This document shows, one piece after another, positions 1-12,612 of a DNA stretch of 64,000 nt. The notes under the pieces are model-generated. The model did no database searches and was not told where the DNA came from. It was given only the letters and a program-made list of their open reading frames with translations. Positions within the stretch are counted from its first letter, which is position 1; every line of letters begins with the position of its first letter. Both the position numbers and the translations under genes were made by a program. Origin of the DNA: Chrysomallon squamiferum. Lineage: Eukaryota; Animalia; Mollusca. The stretch spans positions 11,346,001 to 11,410,000 of the forward strand of contig CM022673.1 of assembly GCA_012295275.1 (NCBI GenBank), read 5' to 3'.

Positions 1-462
1 TACTACTTTTCAAACCTATACATCAGTATTGCAATTGCTATTTTAAACTACCCTTCTTCTCTAGTGTATATGTTATTGCTTACATTTATAGTATGTGTCG
101 GTCAGATACTATTTGTTATTTGTTTTGTATTTTTTCTTAACAGGTTTATCTAAACATAGATACCATGCAATGACATACTTTTTAATTATTTCAAAATGAT
201 TATTTTCAAGATGTTTTAAATAATAGTAATAATAGTAAAATTCAATAATAATAATAATACCATATTAATAAATAATAAAGAAACAATGATAGTCAAAATA
301 ATGTTAAAGTTTATTTTTGGATTATTTTCTTTGAAAATATATGAAAAAAAATTCGCGTGTTACTGAATTTAATTTTAGAACAATGTCGTCAGTGATGTTA
401 AAATTTTATTACTGCAGATGGTTAAAACGTTTAATAAATGTTCTGAAATTTTGTTTTTAAAG

Positions 463-512
463 GTTCTAACTGAAATTTTTATTTTTGCGACCATGCAAGA
501 AATGCCAGAAAC
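463..512 (+). CDS. RFX6: RFX6 exon ([16 protein letters not shown])
   Basis: aag|GTT ... AC|gtaagt; phase 0 to 2. Confidence 0.85.
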
Positions 513-1702
513 GTAAGTGAATATATATTTTTTTTGTGTAAATTTTGATTTCTTTGTTAGCAGTAATTTATTTTTGTGGTTAATTGTTTTTATTTGGTAA
601 TCGACAATTTACATCATCAAAAAAAAAATAAATTTTTAAAGAAAGAAATAAAAAAAAAAAATGTTTTAAGGAAAAAAAAAGTTCTAACTGAAATTTTCAT
701 TTTAAGAATAGTCTGATATTTCTTAAGTCCTTTAAATTTTGTTCTGATGCATAAATTCATTTTCTGTTAAAAACACACTGACATTTGTTTTACCTAAGAT
801 GTATTTCTGCATATGTTAATTATTATTTCATAAAACAACTTTCTGTTATCAGTTATAATTAATGAACGTGTTTCTTTCATTATGGAAAACTGTCAAACGA
901 TGGTTTTTCATAATGAAACTTCTTTTTCATATGCGATATTTATTATTTTATAAAACATCACTGAAACATCTTGCTAGAGATCGTGATAAATTAAGTTTTA
1001 TTACTCTAAACAATTTTGCTCTTCTAATTAAAAAATTTTATTAAAATAAATATGGTAAAATACAGAATAAACATTTGTAAATATCTGTTATTTTATTCTT
1101 TACATTTTCTTTACCAGTAATTAGACTATTTATTTTGTTTTATAAAACATTACTACTTTCAAAACATTTTTACAGATATATTTGACATCAGTTATTATTA
1201 CACTACACATTTTTCTCTTCTTTTGGCAATAATCAGACAATGATGTTATTTTACAAAATCCTTTCAAAACAATTTTACTTTATATTTACTTCTTTATATG
1301 ATATTTATTATATTTTATAAAACCTCATTTAAACATCTTGCACTGTCAACAGCTGTAACATCATCTATTGATATTCTAAACATTGTTTTCTTCTGTTGCC
1401 ACTCTCTTCCAATGATTTTACTACATTATAGAATACGTTATAACAATTTTAATACGTACGTACACGGTATGTAGTATGTTCTAAAATGCCAGATGACTCT
1501 TTTATCTGTTTTATCTTGCAGACTGCTGTGTGATATCAGGAATTTGGCCAAACACTGGGAGAACTGGGTGATGTCTGCTCTGGAGAACCTTCCAGAATCT
1601 TTGTCTGAAAACAAACTACCTGTAGCTCGCAGATTTGCCTCGTCACTTAAACGACAGACAGCATTTTTACACCTGGCTCAGGTAATCTCATATTTTGTTG
1701 AT

Positions 1703-1738
<36 letters not shown>

Positions 1739-2371
1739 TACGATGATAATTATTACTATGATGTTGACATTAAGTTTCAGTTATTACCACGAAATGATGG
1801 TCAAATGATGACTGTCCACAAAGAATATTAATGCTAATAATGATATATTGACAGTGATAATGACGACGATGATGATGATGTTGACGAGACAACGACAGTA
1901 AAAAATAGACTGTTTTCTTTTGATTTATTTGTTTGTTTGTTTGTTTCTATTTGCTTGCTTGCTAGCTAGATTGGTGTTGTTTTCTTGTGCTTTTATTTCT
2001 ATTTATTAATTTATACTCTATTTATTTTTTATTTACTTACTTACTTATTTATTTTTTTATTTATTTTTTTATTTATTTTTTTATTTTCAGACTGCCAGAC
2101 CAGTCCTGTACGATGCACAGTTGGTCAACCAGTCTATAGTTGATATAGAACGCATAGACTTAAGTAGCATCAGTTCCCAGGCTCTGACGTGTAACAACAA
2201 AGAGTATGACACAGAGATAGAAATCAATGCTGAATGTAAGTAGCTAACAGCTTTCCATACTTTATTATTAGTAAAGATTTATTTTACGAATATTCTAAAA
2301 TTATCATTTAATAATATTAGATAACATGTATTAGGGTTACTTGTAATATATTTATTATTATTATTGTTATT

Positions 2372-2404
<33 letters not shown>

Positions 2405-3058
2405 ATTATATTATTATTATTATTTCAGTTCTGAGAGAATTTAAAGAGATTTTGCACAAACAGGCGACAGTGGAAGCATTCACAGAATGGCTGGACAGTG
2501 TAGTGGAACAAAAGGTTATCAAGGTAAGTATACGTTTACTTTATATGTAAGTATTTCTCCTCTATTTTCAGGTAAAGTTAATGAACTTTTTAAAATATCA
2601 TGTATATATGTATATGTATTTATAATTTCTGTGCGTGTACGTGTGTGTAAATATATATATAGATAGATAGATAGATAGATAGATACCATTTGATCTTTAT
2701 GATTTACTAATTTAGAAAGTTAATTTTTTTTTTTTTTTTTTTTTGTTTGTTGATTATTTGGTTTGTTTATTGATTTATTCACTTATTTTATTTTATTTCA
2801 TTATTTTTTTATAAAACCTAAAATTTATACAGAAATAATTACAGTAAAATACAATAAGTAATAACATCTTGAAACATTCATGTTTAACACTATTTATAAT
2901 CAACAAATCAAACTTTTTTAATGCAATGTTCAGTACTCTCACACGCTTATACTGTCATCGGACGTGCACATACACACAGTCTACATACTGACGTATTTCT
3001 GCAAAAAAGAGTTTTGCTGATATTTCGTAAAAAAAAAGAAGTTATTATTATTATTATT

Positions 3059-3089
<31 letters not shown>

Positions 3090-4844
3090 CTGCTATTGTT
3101 TTTAATATTATACGTAATCATTTACATTACTTATTTCAGCCGAGTAAACAAAATGGCCGTTCTTTCAAGAAGCGAGCACAAGAGTTCTTACTCAAGTGGT
3201 CTTTCTTTGGAGCCCGCGTAATGCACAACCTGACCCTAAACAACGCTCAAAGCTTTGGTATATTCTTTTTTAACAACATTATTATTATTACTGTTATTAT
3301 TTTAATATTTCTACTTACAGCTTCTTTTTCTTCTTTAAATTTTTTTGGTTTTCTTTTTTAAGTTGATACTTATTCTAAAATAATTATTTACGCGGTTTCA
3401 AAGGTTTATTATCGTATATCAGATTATTCTAATTAAAATCTATTTATATTCTGCGATAAACAGTTAATTAATTAGTTAATTATATCCACTGTCCCACAAT
3501 AGGTTCATTAAAATAAATAAATAAATAGTTAGTTAACTGTGACTGTAATCGTTATATATAATATAGTCGATATGTTTTGCATAGAGGTTTTACTTTTAGA
3601 TATAGGTAAATATACACAGTTCTGTTTTCAAATATAAAAAAAAAATGTGTGTGTATTTTTTATAAATGGTGCGAGAGTCTCTTTGTGTGTTTACCTCTGT
3701 TTCATTTACAGAAGAGAAGTATTTATAAACGTATCCATTTCTGTCATTCATTCAAGTGCCATTTTTATAATGTACATCGTGTTGTCTCGGAAAGTTTTTT
3801 TTTAGAATTTCTGTTGGTATTGCAGGTTCGTTTCACCTGATAAGGATGTTGCTAGATGAGTATGTTCTGCTCGCGGTCGAATCACAACTTCACAACGAGA
3901 AAGAAATGGAACTGCAATCTCTCCTAGACAAACACATGAAGCCTGGTAACACGACTTACAGCAGTTTCATAAACATTTTTTTATTTTATTCGTATTTCAG
4001 ATTTGTCTGTTTATTTATTTATTTATCATCATAATCATCATTAAATGGTCCTAAATTTTGGTTCTTCTTCTTATTATTTTAATTCTTCCACTAACTTAAT
4101 GCTCTTCTTTCCTCGTTGTTCTTCTCATTGCTTTCTTCTTCTGCTTCACGTGAAGAAATTACCATATAGAAATACTTGTACAATAATACCCTGGTGATTG
4201 TTGTTTGAAATGTCTTAAGTTCTTGTTCTTTTTTTTTTTTTTTCTTTAATTATAATTATTATTTTATATTCATATCATCATTATTTATTTGTTTATTTAT
4301 TATTAATATTGTTGTACTGATACCAATATTTGTTAAAATAACTGAGAAAATGTTTATATTTTATATGTTAATTCCAAATTTTAAGTTTGTTCTTCCAATT
4401 TATTGCAGATGACACGGGCTCAAAACCGAACCTGGACCAAGGACCGGGAACCTGTTTTGTGGCCACGCCGAATCGGAACAGTCTCTCTAGGAACGGTAAC
4501 TGCGTTAAGCGAGAACAACAATATTTGGACCCATCCGCGAATCACAGTCCTTTCAATCCCATGATTCCAAACGGCAGAGAACCGTATTCCATGTCTCCTC
4601 ATCTCAACTCACTCAATTCAATGGTTAGTTCAATAATAACACTAACGGCGACGACATCAACAACAAACAACAACAACGACAACAACATCAACAACAACAA
4701 TAACTGGCTAACAATAATAACAATGACAGTAGTTATACTAGTAGTATTAATAGTAGTAGTTGTTGTTGCTGCTGTTGTTGTAATAGTATTGGTAGTAGTA
4801 GTAGTACCATTATAGATTTTCTTTTAATAATTATTTAACAATAT

Positions 4845-4879
<35 letters not shown>

Positions 4880-5401
4880 TTTTAGATTGTTCGTTATAAT
4901 AGAAAAAATTGTTCTTCTTTTTTAATTTGTCTAGACGGTTTCCGCTGGCAACCAAATGCTAACACCGCCCATTTCACCGATAGTGCCTAATCCAATCAGA
5001 ACGTCTGTTATAAACCAAGGACCAATGCAATACAACAACACAACACAGCCAGCCATGACTGCTCATCCATATTCATATATTGGTAAAATGGAGTCGTTAC
5101 TTTTATTACGAACATTTATTTAATTAATTACAACAACAACAAAATAATAAATAAATAAAAAAATATAGAATAAAAAAATATAAATTACTCGTTAAATTGT
5201 TTCTTCATTTTATATGAAAGACATCAGTATCTTTATTTTATTTGTTTGAAAATGAATGTAATAACACGACAAATGGGAAGTAGTAGTATAATTACTATAA
5301 TGATGTAATTATTTTGCTGATGATTATGACGATGATGATGATGATGATGTATTTAAGAAAATAATTTATATTTTGTTTTCACGTCTCTGAAATACAATTA
5401 A

Positions 5402-5433
<32 letters not shown>

Positions 5434-6292
5434 TATTAATAATAATAATAAAAATAATAATAACAATAACAATAACAATAATATTTTCTTTCTTTCTTTT
5501 ATTTTTTTTTTTTATTATTTTTTTATTTATTTATTTATTTATTTTTCAGTCAGCACATTAAACTAATATATATTTTTTTTAACATTTCAAACAGGTCAAC
5601 CCAGCGACTACAACCACGCTGGTACTACTACATACGGCAACAACCTCGGCTTCAACAATTCACCGTTGTCCGGCGCGTTCAGGACGCCACACGGATACAA
5701 CACGAACCCGTATCATAAAGACTTAGAACAGTTTTCGTACCATGATACAGAATTTCTAGCAGAACCTTGTTACACATCAACAAACCTGTCTGGTTACCAG
5801 CCTAGCAACCAACCTAGTTACCAACAAGTCTCTATGCATAATCAAAATGGCGGAGGCGGAAGTGCTTTCAACGTTGTTCAGAGTAATTCCCCTTACACGG
5901 GGTCAGGGACGTACCCTAGTCAAGGTACGATTCCTTATTACTTTAAAAAAAAATGTAAATGTTTCTTTTGTTTTCTTATTATAATTGTTATTATGTTATT
6001 ATAATTGTTTTAATTTATTATTATTTTATTTCTGCATTGTTAATTTTTTTAATTTTTTTTATTTTTTTATTCATGCATTCATTCATTCTTTTCAACCTCT
6101 GGTGGTTCAATGCTAACTTCAGGCTGTATTGGTCAAAGGATGAATCCTCTTTAATATAGCAGTTCAGCTGATTTTCATTCTAGCAACACTGTTTTATTGT
6201 CGTTGTTGTTGTTGTTGCTGCTGCTGCTGCTTTTGCCGTTATAATAATAATAATAATAAATATTATTTTTATTATTATTAGAACAGCAATAA

Positions 6293-6348
<56 letters not shown>

Positions 6349-6755
6349 ATTTTTATGGCGGTCACAGTTTTTCCCAATCCAAACCTCTGGTTGAGCACGT
6401 GTCTGTGATACAACAGCGAACTCACCATACACCGCACTTCTCTCCAGAACTGAACTATCCAATCAACATGCTAGACAGAACTCACAGGAACAGAGACTCC
6501 CAGCATGCCTTTGCAAGCGGAAGTTCTGCCAGCTGTCACAGCCCATCACATAGTCAGTTTGAATTATTCAACGTGTGACTGTTTGCGCGTGAATTTACGT
6601 GTGTTCGGACGATAAAGAATGTTTGTGTGTGTGTCTGTGTATGTTTGTATATAAGTATGTATGAATATATTTCTGTATAAGTATGTGTGTACGAACGTAT
6701 GAACAAAAGTATGTATGTTACGTATATACGTAAAGTATGTATGTTACGTATATAC

Positions 6756-6819
<64 letters not shown>

Positions 6820-7266
6820 TTGTATATATGAATCGTATGCAATTTCATTATTAAAAGACGTCCGTTTAGGTCAAAGTTAAACTTAATACTATATAATATC
6901 AAGAAATGACGAATTAATGGCTGATTAATTTATGCTCATTATAATTTTCTTTATTTGTTTTATTGTTTGTTTGTTTGTTTATTTGTTTGATTATTTATTT
7001 TATTTTATTTTTGTCTTTCTTTCTTTCTTTTTCTTTCTTTGTTTGCTTGAGTGTTTATTTACATTTGTTTGTTATAATTATTTTTATTTTAACTTTTAGT
7101 TCATCCACCCCAGCACGGTAACCTTGACGACGATCTTCTAAATATGGCGGTCACGGGAATGATAGGTCCAGTACACGACATGACGTCATCACTCTATACT
7201 GACCCAGGTCCACTGCCTTCCATAAACACAGTTTTTATGTCAGACGGAAATAAGGCATGCTACTGA
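463..7266 (+). CDS. RFX6: RFX6-like regulatory factor X transcription factor, 3' part (dimerisation region and C-terminus); 11 coding exons in the window; 5' exons with the DNA-binding domain lie upstream
   Basis: Exons 463-512, 1522-1681, 2091-2235, 2429-2523, 3140-3257, 3826-3945, 4409-4623, 4935-5082, 5595-5924, 6349-6552, 7100-7266 all have GT-AG ends and consistent phases. Peptides match RFX6 hallmarks: [63 protein letters not shown]...SVINQGPM and the terminal LPSINTVFM. Confidence 0.92.
1522..1681 (+). CDS. RFX6: RFX6 exon ([15 protein letters not shown]...FLHLAQ)
   Basis: cag|A ... CAG|gtaatc; core of ORF 1493-1831. Confidence 0.93.
2091..2235 (+). CDS. RFX6: RFX6 exon ([14 protein letters not shown]...EINAE)
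   Basis: ttttcag|ACT ... T|gtaag; phase 0 to 1. Confidence 0.9.
2429..2523 (+). CDS. RFX6: RFX6 exon ([32 protein letters not shown])
   Basis: tttcag|TT ... AAG|gtaagt. Confidence 0.93.
3140..3257 (+). CDS. RFX6: RFX6 exon ([39 protein letters not shown])
   Basis: tttcag|CCG ... G|gtatat; RFX dimerisation-domain signature. Confidence 0.95.
3480..3527 (+). mobile_element. SINE 3' tail fragment
   Basis: ttatatccactgtcccacaataggttcattaaaataaataaa is a near-exact reverse complement of about 8580-8625. Confidence 0.55.
3826..3945 (+). CDS. RFX6: RFX6 exon ([21 protein letters not shown]...DKHMKP)
   Basis: tgcag|GT ... G|gtaac. Confidence 0.95.
4409..4623 (+). CDS. RFX6: RFX6 exon (DDTGSKPNL...LNSLNSM)
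   Basis: tgcag|AT ... ATG|gttagt; phase 1 to 0. Confidence 0.85.
4935..5082 (+). CDS. RFX6: RFX6 exon ([15 protein letters not shown]...SVINQGPM...)
   Basis: ctag|ACG ... G|gtaaaa; absent from the ORF track; conserved RFX6 motif. Confidence 0.88.
5595..5924 (+). CDS. RFX6: RFX6 exon (Y/S/N/Q-rich region)
   Basis: acag|GT ... G|gtacga; phase 1 to 1. Confidence 0.85.
6349..6552 (+). CDS. RFX6: RFX6 exon (DFYGGHSF...LVEHVSVIQ...)
   Basis: ttcag|AT ... A|gtcagt; a phase-1 donor is required to join the last exon. Confidence 0.8.
7100..7266 (+). CDS. RFX6: RFX6 terminal coding exon (...[18 protein letters not shown])
   Basis: ttttag|TT ... TGA; LPxINTVFM is the RFX6 C-terminal motif. Confidence 0.88.
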
Positions 7267-7962
7267 CCTCTGACCTGGACTTCCGTCGTAACGACAATTT
7301 GAATTCTGTATAAGCCACTATTGTCGCTACATTTAGACTGCGGGTCTGATCTGAAATCTGTGTTGATGGATCCAGTCGTTTAGTTACAGGAAAAATGGAC
7401 TTGAAATGAAGTCAAAGAAGAGCTGCTTCCATCCATTTTAAATTATCATCCGGTAAAGTGCTGAAGTTCAAATTATTAATGGGTCGGTCGTACATTGTTA
7501 AATGTCCTATCGCAACGGAAAGAAACCAGTGACGTCATAGATTATACAGTCACGTGAACAAAATACATAGGTCTAATCATTTTCATAGCATGTAAAGTGT
7601 TTGTAACAGTGTAATCTTTCATTAGGCTCCATTAAATGGATATTTCCTAGCAATGGAATAACAAAATAGTTGTTTAGATTAGCTTTTCTTAAGAAAGGTT
7701 TTGCCATAGTTTGTTAATGTTAAACAGAAAGTAGATGACGATATTTGTTTATGAGCTGAGAGCTTAAGGAGGTGTTGCTGTTGATGTGTTAAGATTATAG
7801 AGAACGTAACGAATGTTATATTGTAATAATACATTGATATTTGATCAGGTAGAATATAATGAAAATTAAACTAAATATAACATGTTACACTTTGAATACA
7901 CATACGATAACAGATACATACATACATACACACATACATACAGACATACATAATAAAAATAA

Positions 7963-8187
7963 GGTTGTCTTAACTGCCGAACAGTAACGTTGTCCGCCTT
8001 CGGATGCGAGCGAATGGGTATCATAGGTTTGAGTCTCGTCAGCGACATCTGACGGATTTGTGAGGTCGTGATTGGACTTTGTCCTCCTGTGCCAGTACGT
8101 TCCCGAATATTTTCAGTCTAATCAGACGTACATAAGACAGAATATTCAATTCTCGAAATACATATATACATACATACATACATACAT
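7963..8187 (+). mobile_element. tRNA-derived SINE in the probable RFX6 3' UTR
   Basis: A-box-like TGCCGAACAGTAA, B-box-like GGTTTGAGTCTC (8026-8037), (CATA)n tail, and (CATA)n on the other flank. Confidence 0.6.
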
Positions 8188-8277
8188 TCGGTTTCGGATA
8201 AGAAAAGCAACCATCCATAAGGGTTTCCACTAATTATTATTATTATTATTATTATTATGTTTTAATTATTTTTTTTA

Positions 8278-8312
<35 letters not shown>

Positions 8313-8482
8313 TTATTATTATTAATATTATATTTATTATTATTTTATTTACTTACTTATTTATTTATTTATTTGAATTTTATAGTTAAAGATATTCTAT
8401 CTTGAAAATCAGAAAAGGTTATACAACATTTTTTTGTTTTTGTTTGGTGTTTTTTATTTTTTTATTGTTGGGGTCTTTTGGT

Positions 8483-8515
<33 letters not shown>

Positions 8516-8552
8516 TGTGTTCCTTGCTCTTTTCTGGGGGAGTTTGGTGTTT

Positions 8553-8587
<35 letters not shown>

Positions 8588-8715
8588 TTTGTTTTAATGA
8601 ACTTTTTGTGGGACAGTGGATATAATGGGAAAAAGCTCAATCTACGCAAGGAGGAGAACTGATCCTTGAACACAACGCGCTTCAAAACAGTTGTTAACCA
8701 CTGAGTTACAACTCC
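8553..8715 (-). mobile_element. tRNA-derived SINE (degenerate)
   Basis: Minus strand begins GGAGTTGTAACTCAGTGGTTAA (A box), then AGGATCAGTTCTC (B-box-like), and ends in a (TAAA)n tail. Confidence 0.6.
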
Positions 8716-9067
8716 TTTTTATAAGCTACAAAGTTATTAACAAACCAGTGAACGAATGTACAAATAAATGCATGAATGAATGAACGAAAAAAAGAATGAA
8801 TTAGTTAAAAGTAAAGAAACGCATGTAAAACTAAAATGCAAACTCTAACAGTTTCGAAATATAGCGTATGTGCTTGCCATTGTAGAAAAAATATAATACC
8901 TTCGTAACTTATTTCAAAAATTCGTAAAATGATCTTTGCATATAGAAGAAATACCAGGATATTTGTTGCTGTTGTTGTTGTTGTTGTTGTTATTATTGTT
9001 GTTGTTGTTTTTTAATTTTGGATAAATTTTAACAAAAATGTTTGTCATATGCAAACATTTTTTCTTT

Positions 9068-9103
<36 letters not shown>

Positions 9104-9950
9104 GCAGTAGTAGTAGTAGTAATAGTAGTAGTAGCATTTCTTCACTATATCATCATCGTCACCGTCGTCGTCATCATCTCCATCATCATCATTATTATTC
9201 AATCTGTTTTTGTTTCTTTTACATGTCATCAAATATCCTTTCTTAATTAGACAATATTTTTAACGTCAAACTGTCAACGAAGGATCTGAACAGTTTATAA
9301 TCCTGAACCCATCCTGAATATTTTGTGTGTTGTATAATTTGTAGACATAGCTACACGCGCTCTGAAACTGCCACATAACGTAGAGGACGCAAAACAAAAA
9401 GGGCTGGCACAGATCTGAATGTACATAAAATAGCATGTAACCTCTAAACGTAGTGAGACATATGACGTGAATGTTTTCATTTGTGAAAATGTTCTGTTTA
9501 ACACAATTATATTACTTTGTTAATGTATTTATGTGCATGTGTGAATGGTATGTATATTAGTTACATAGGTAGATGTTTATATGTGAATGAGCTGATGTGT
9601 ATGTATGAGTAGTTCTATGTATACGTGTGTGTTAGTTGCGTATATGTGTATGTTATATGTGTAAGAATGTGTATAGTATATTATACGTGTACATATATGT
9701 ATGGGTGTTTATGTGAACATCATTTGAATAAACGCATACGTTATAGATGTGTATGAAAATATTATTTTTACTTTTCAGGATATATTTCACGTAGAATTTT
9801 TGTTTTATTATTTTTGTATGTAGTAGTATATGTAAGAATGTGTTTCAGGTATTGGAGTTTGAGTCAATATACGATTATACGAGTCCTTCATTTTCTTTAC
9901 CTCTGTCAATGTTGTAAAATATATACCAAGAATGTGTATATCGGGGGTTA

Positions 9951-9985
<35 letters not shown>

Positions 9986-10056
9986 ACATTTTTTTTAACA
10001 TATTAAAAACATTTACATGATTAAAGACATAATACCGAAAAAGTTTTAAAATTTTT

Positions 10057-10091
<35 letters not shown>

Positions 10092-10584
10092 GTTTTTGAC
10101 TTTATTATTAATATTATTTTATTTATTTACATATATATATACATTTTTTTTTTAAAAAAATTGTTTTTGTTTTTTGAGATAAAAGGTGTTAATGTTCAGT
10201 GTTTTGTTTTTTTTTTCTTTTTTTTTACTTCCTCCCTACCCCCGCTCACCCGATATTATTATGTACTAGTGAAGAGAAGGTTAATGTGTTAATTGTACAT
10301 TTAAAATTAACGTTAACGTTACTGTACAGGAAGACAAACACCTGTTTTCAAAACAAAATCTAATGTACTGGTTCTTAAACTGGACCATTGTTTAATTTAA
10401 AGACTTGTTCTTTCCTGCATGAATGATGATCCTGTCTGCGGTACTGTAAAGAATAAATAAAAAATTACAATATGAATTTAGTTGTGTATATTTGTTTAGC
10501 AGTTATCTTTCTCTGTTTTCGTTTTGCTCTATTTGTTTCAATTTATCTTTCTATCTACCTGTCTGTCTGTCTATCTATTCTGTG

Positions 10585-10627
<43 letters not shown>

Positions 10628-11106
10628 ATATATATATATTTGTATGTGCATATGTCCGTCGTTCTGTCTCTCTGTATGCGAATGTTTGTATGTATGTATG
10701 TATGTGTAATCTCTTTGACTGCCTGTATCCCTGTCCGTTGGTCTGTCTCAATCTTTATTATTATTACTTCATCACTTTCTATCAAATTTTTTTTCCCTGT
10801 ATGTATACCCATAAAAGTAAGTAAATAAATAAATAAATGAAATTAAGTGAGACAATGACTCTAAAAAATTTTAAAAAAGGAAGAAAGAAAACGAACAAAT
10901 GTCTTTTTTCTTGATACGAAGTTTATTTTCAAAAACGAAAACAGGTAACAAGTGATATTACGTATAAATGAAACAGTTCTGAGCAACAATTTGTATCGTG
11001 CTCCGACGGAAATGACCGAAGTTTGTCGTTTACGGTTCGGCTGCATTTCAGATTTATCGCAAGAAATTGGTTAAATTATTATGAGATATTCAAAAGGTTT
11101 TTTCTT

Positions 11107-11139
<33 letters not shown>

Positions 11140-11487
11140 TTTTGTTAAATAAAATCTACTTTTAAATCTTTAAATCGTTCCCGCATGCTCCGGCTGCATC
11201 CGACAAAGACGGAAAATATCCGACTTACGATGATAGCGTGAACAAATTGGTGCTCCGAAGTATCACGAAATTAATGAAATGAAAGACAACAGTTAGAGAC
11301 CATGCAATATGTTATACAAGAACTGGTGCGTCAAGTAACCCGTACAGATAAATACAAACTGTTTTCGTGGATAAAACAAGTTATTATTAAACATATAAAT
11401 AAAAAATAAATAAATAAATAAAGTTAAAAATCTATTTTTTGCCATAATTATTTTAAAATAATACTAAAATTTAAAAGTGATTTTAAC

Positions 11488-11594
<107 letters not shown>

Positions 11595-11735
11595 ATTATA
11601 TTGGTTAGTATTTTATTTATCAGTTTCAAACATGGTCAAGTTTACGATTACAGTGTTAAAGCTTATAAGCATTTGACTCAGAAATTATATATTGCACCAA
11701 AATATTAAAAAAAAAAAATTTTCTCTTTGTTATAT

Positions 11736-11774
<39 letters not shown>

Positions 11775-11955
11775 TTTTAACTTACAGATGATTAATGTAC
11801 GAGATTTCATTACAGCCTCCAAAAATCAAAAATAATAATTAATTAATTTATTACTTTGATTTTGCTAAATAATTAAGTTAATACAAAATTAATTTTGAAG
11901 CTCCATGACCATAAGAGTGGAAAAATAATGAATCCAGAATGGGATTATTTTATCA

Positions 11956-12012
<57 letters not shown>

Positions 12013-12574
12013 CATCATCATCATCATCATCATCGAAGAAATGAAATCTGAAGTTACGATTTTTCTGTACAGGTTACTCGGTAAATATAAATATTTTTAT
12101 CATAATGACATGATAGATACATTAATAACAAGTATAAAGATAAATATAAAAGTGAGCAAATACTGCAGAAAGTAAAATCTAACTAATGACTGTAACGAAA
12201 TTATATTTGTACGAAAACTCAACGTTACGCAGTGAGGAAAATTGAAATGGTTTGAAAAAAAAAAAAAAATTTTTTTTTCTCAAGTATTTATGTTTGATTT
12301 CTGAACTAATTCAAATATATGATGGCTATCATTAAGTCAGATTTCTAACGATTAAAATCAATCTGATTATTTGATGTAAATATCCTGTCTGAATTTATGG
12401 ATCTGTCTTAGCGTATACTCAGTTTATTCAAATAATTTGCATCACTGACTTTACGAAAGATTTTAAGTACGGGGTTGAATACAATTATTAATTTTGATAT
12501 ATATATATAAAAAGAAGGTGTTACTTATTAAATTATGATCGAAAGAACCGTATCAATATTATTCTGTCACTGAG

Positions 12575-12612
<38 letters not shown>

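Noticed and set aside
6553-6578. RFX6 ending at TGA 6576-6578 by read-through
   Set aside because: The downstream exon 7100-7266 carries the conserved LPSINTVFM end and joins in phase through A|gtcagt.
7963-8040. Possible tRNA genes (also near 8715, 50490 and 51545)
   Set aside because: A/B-box-like motifs are present but no cloverleaf can be drawn, and SINE-type bodies or simple-repeat tails follow.
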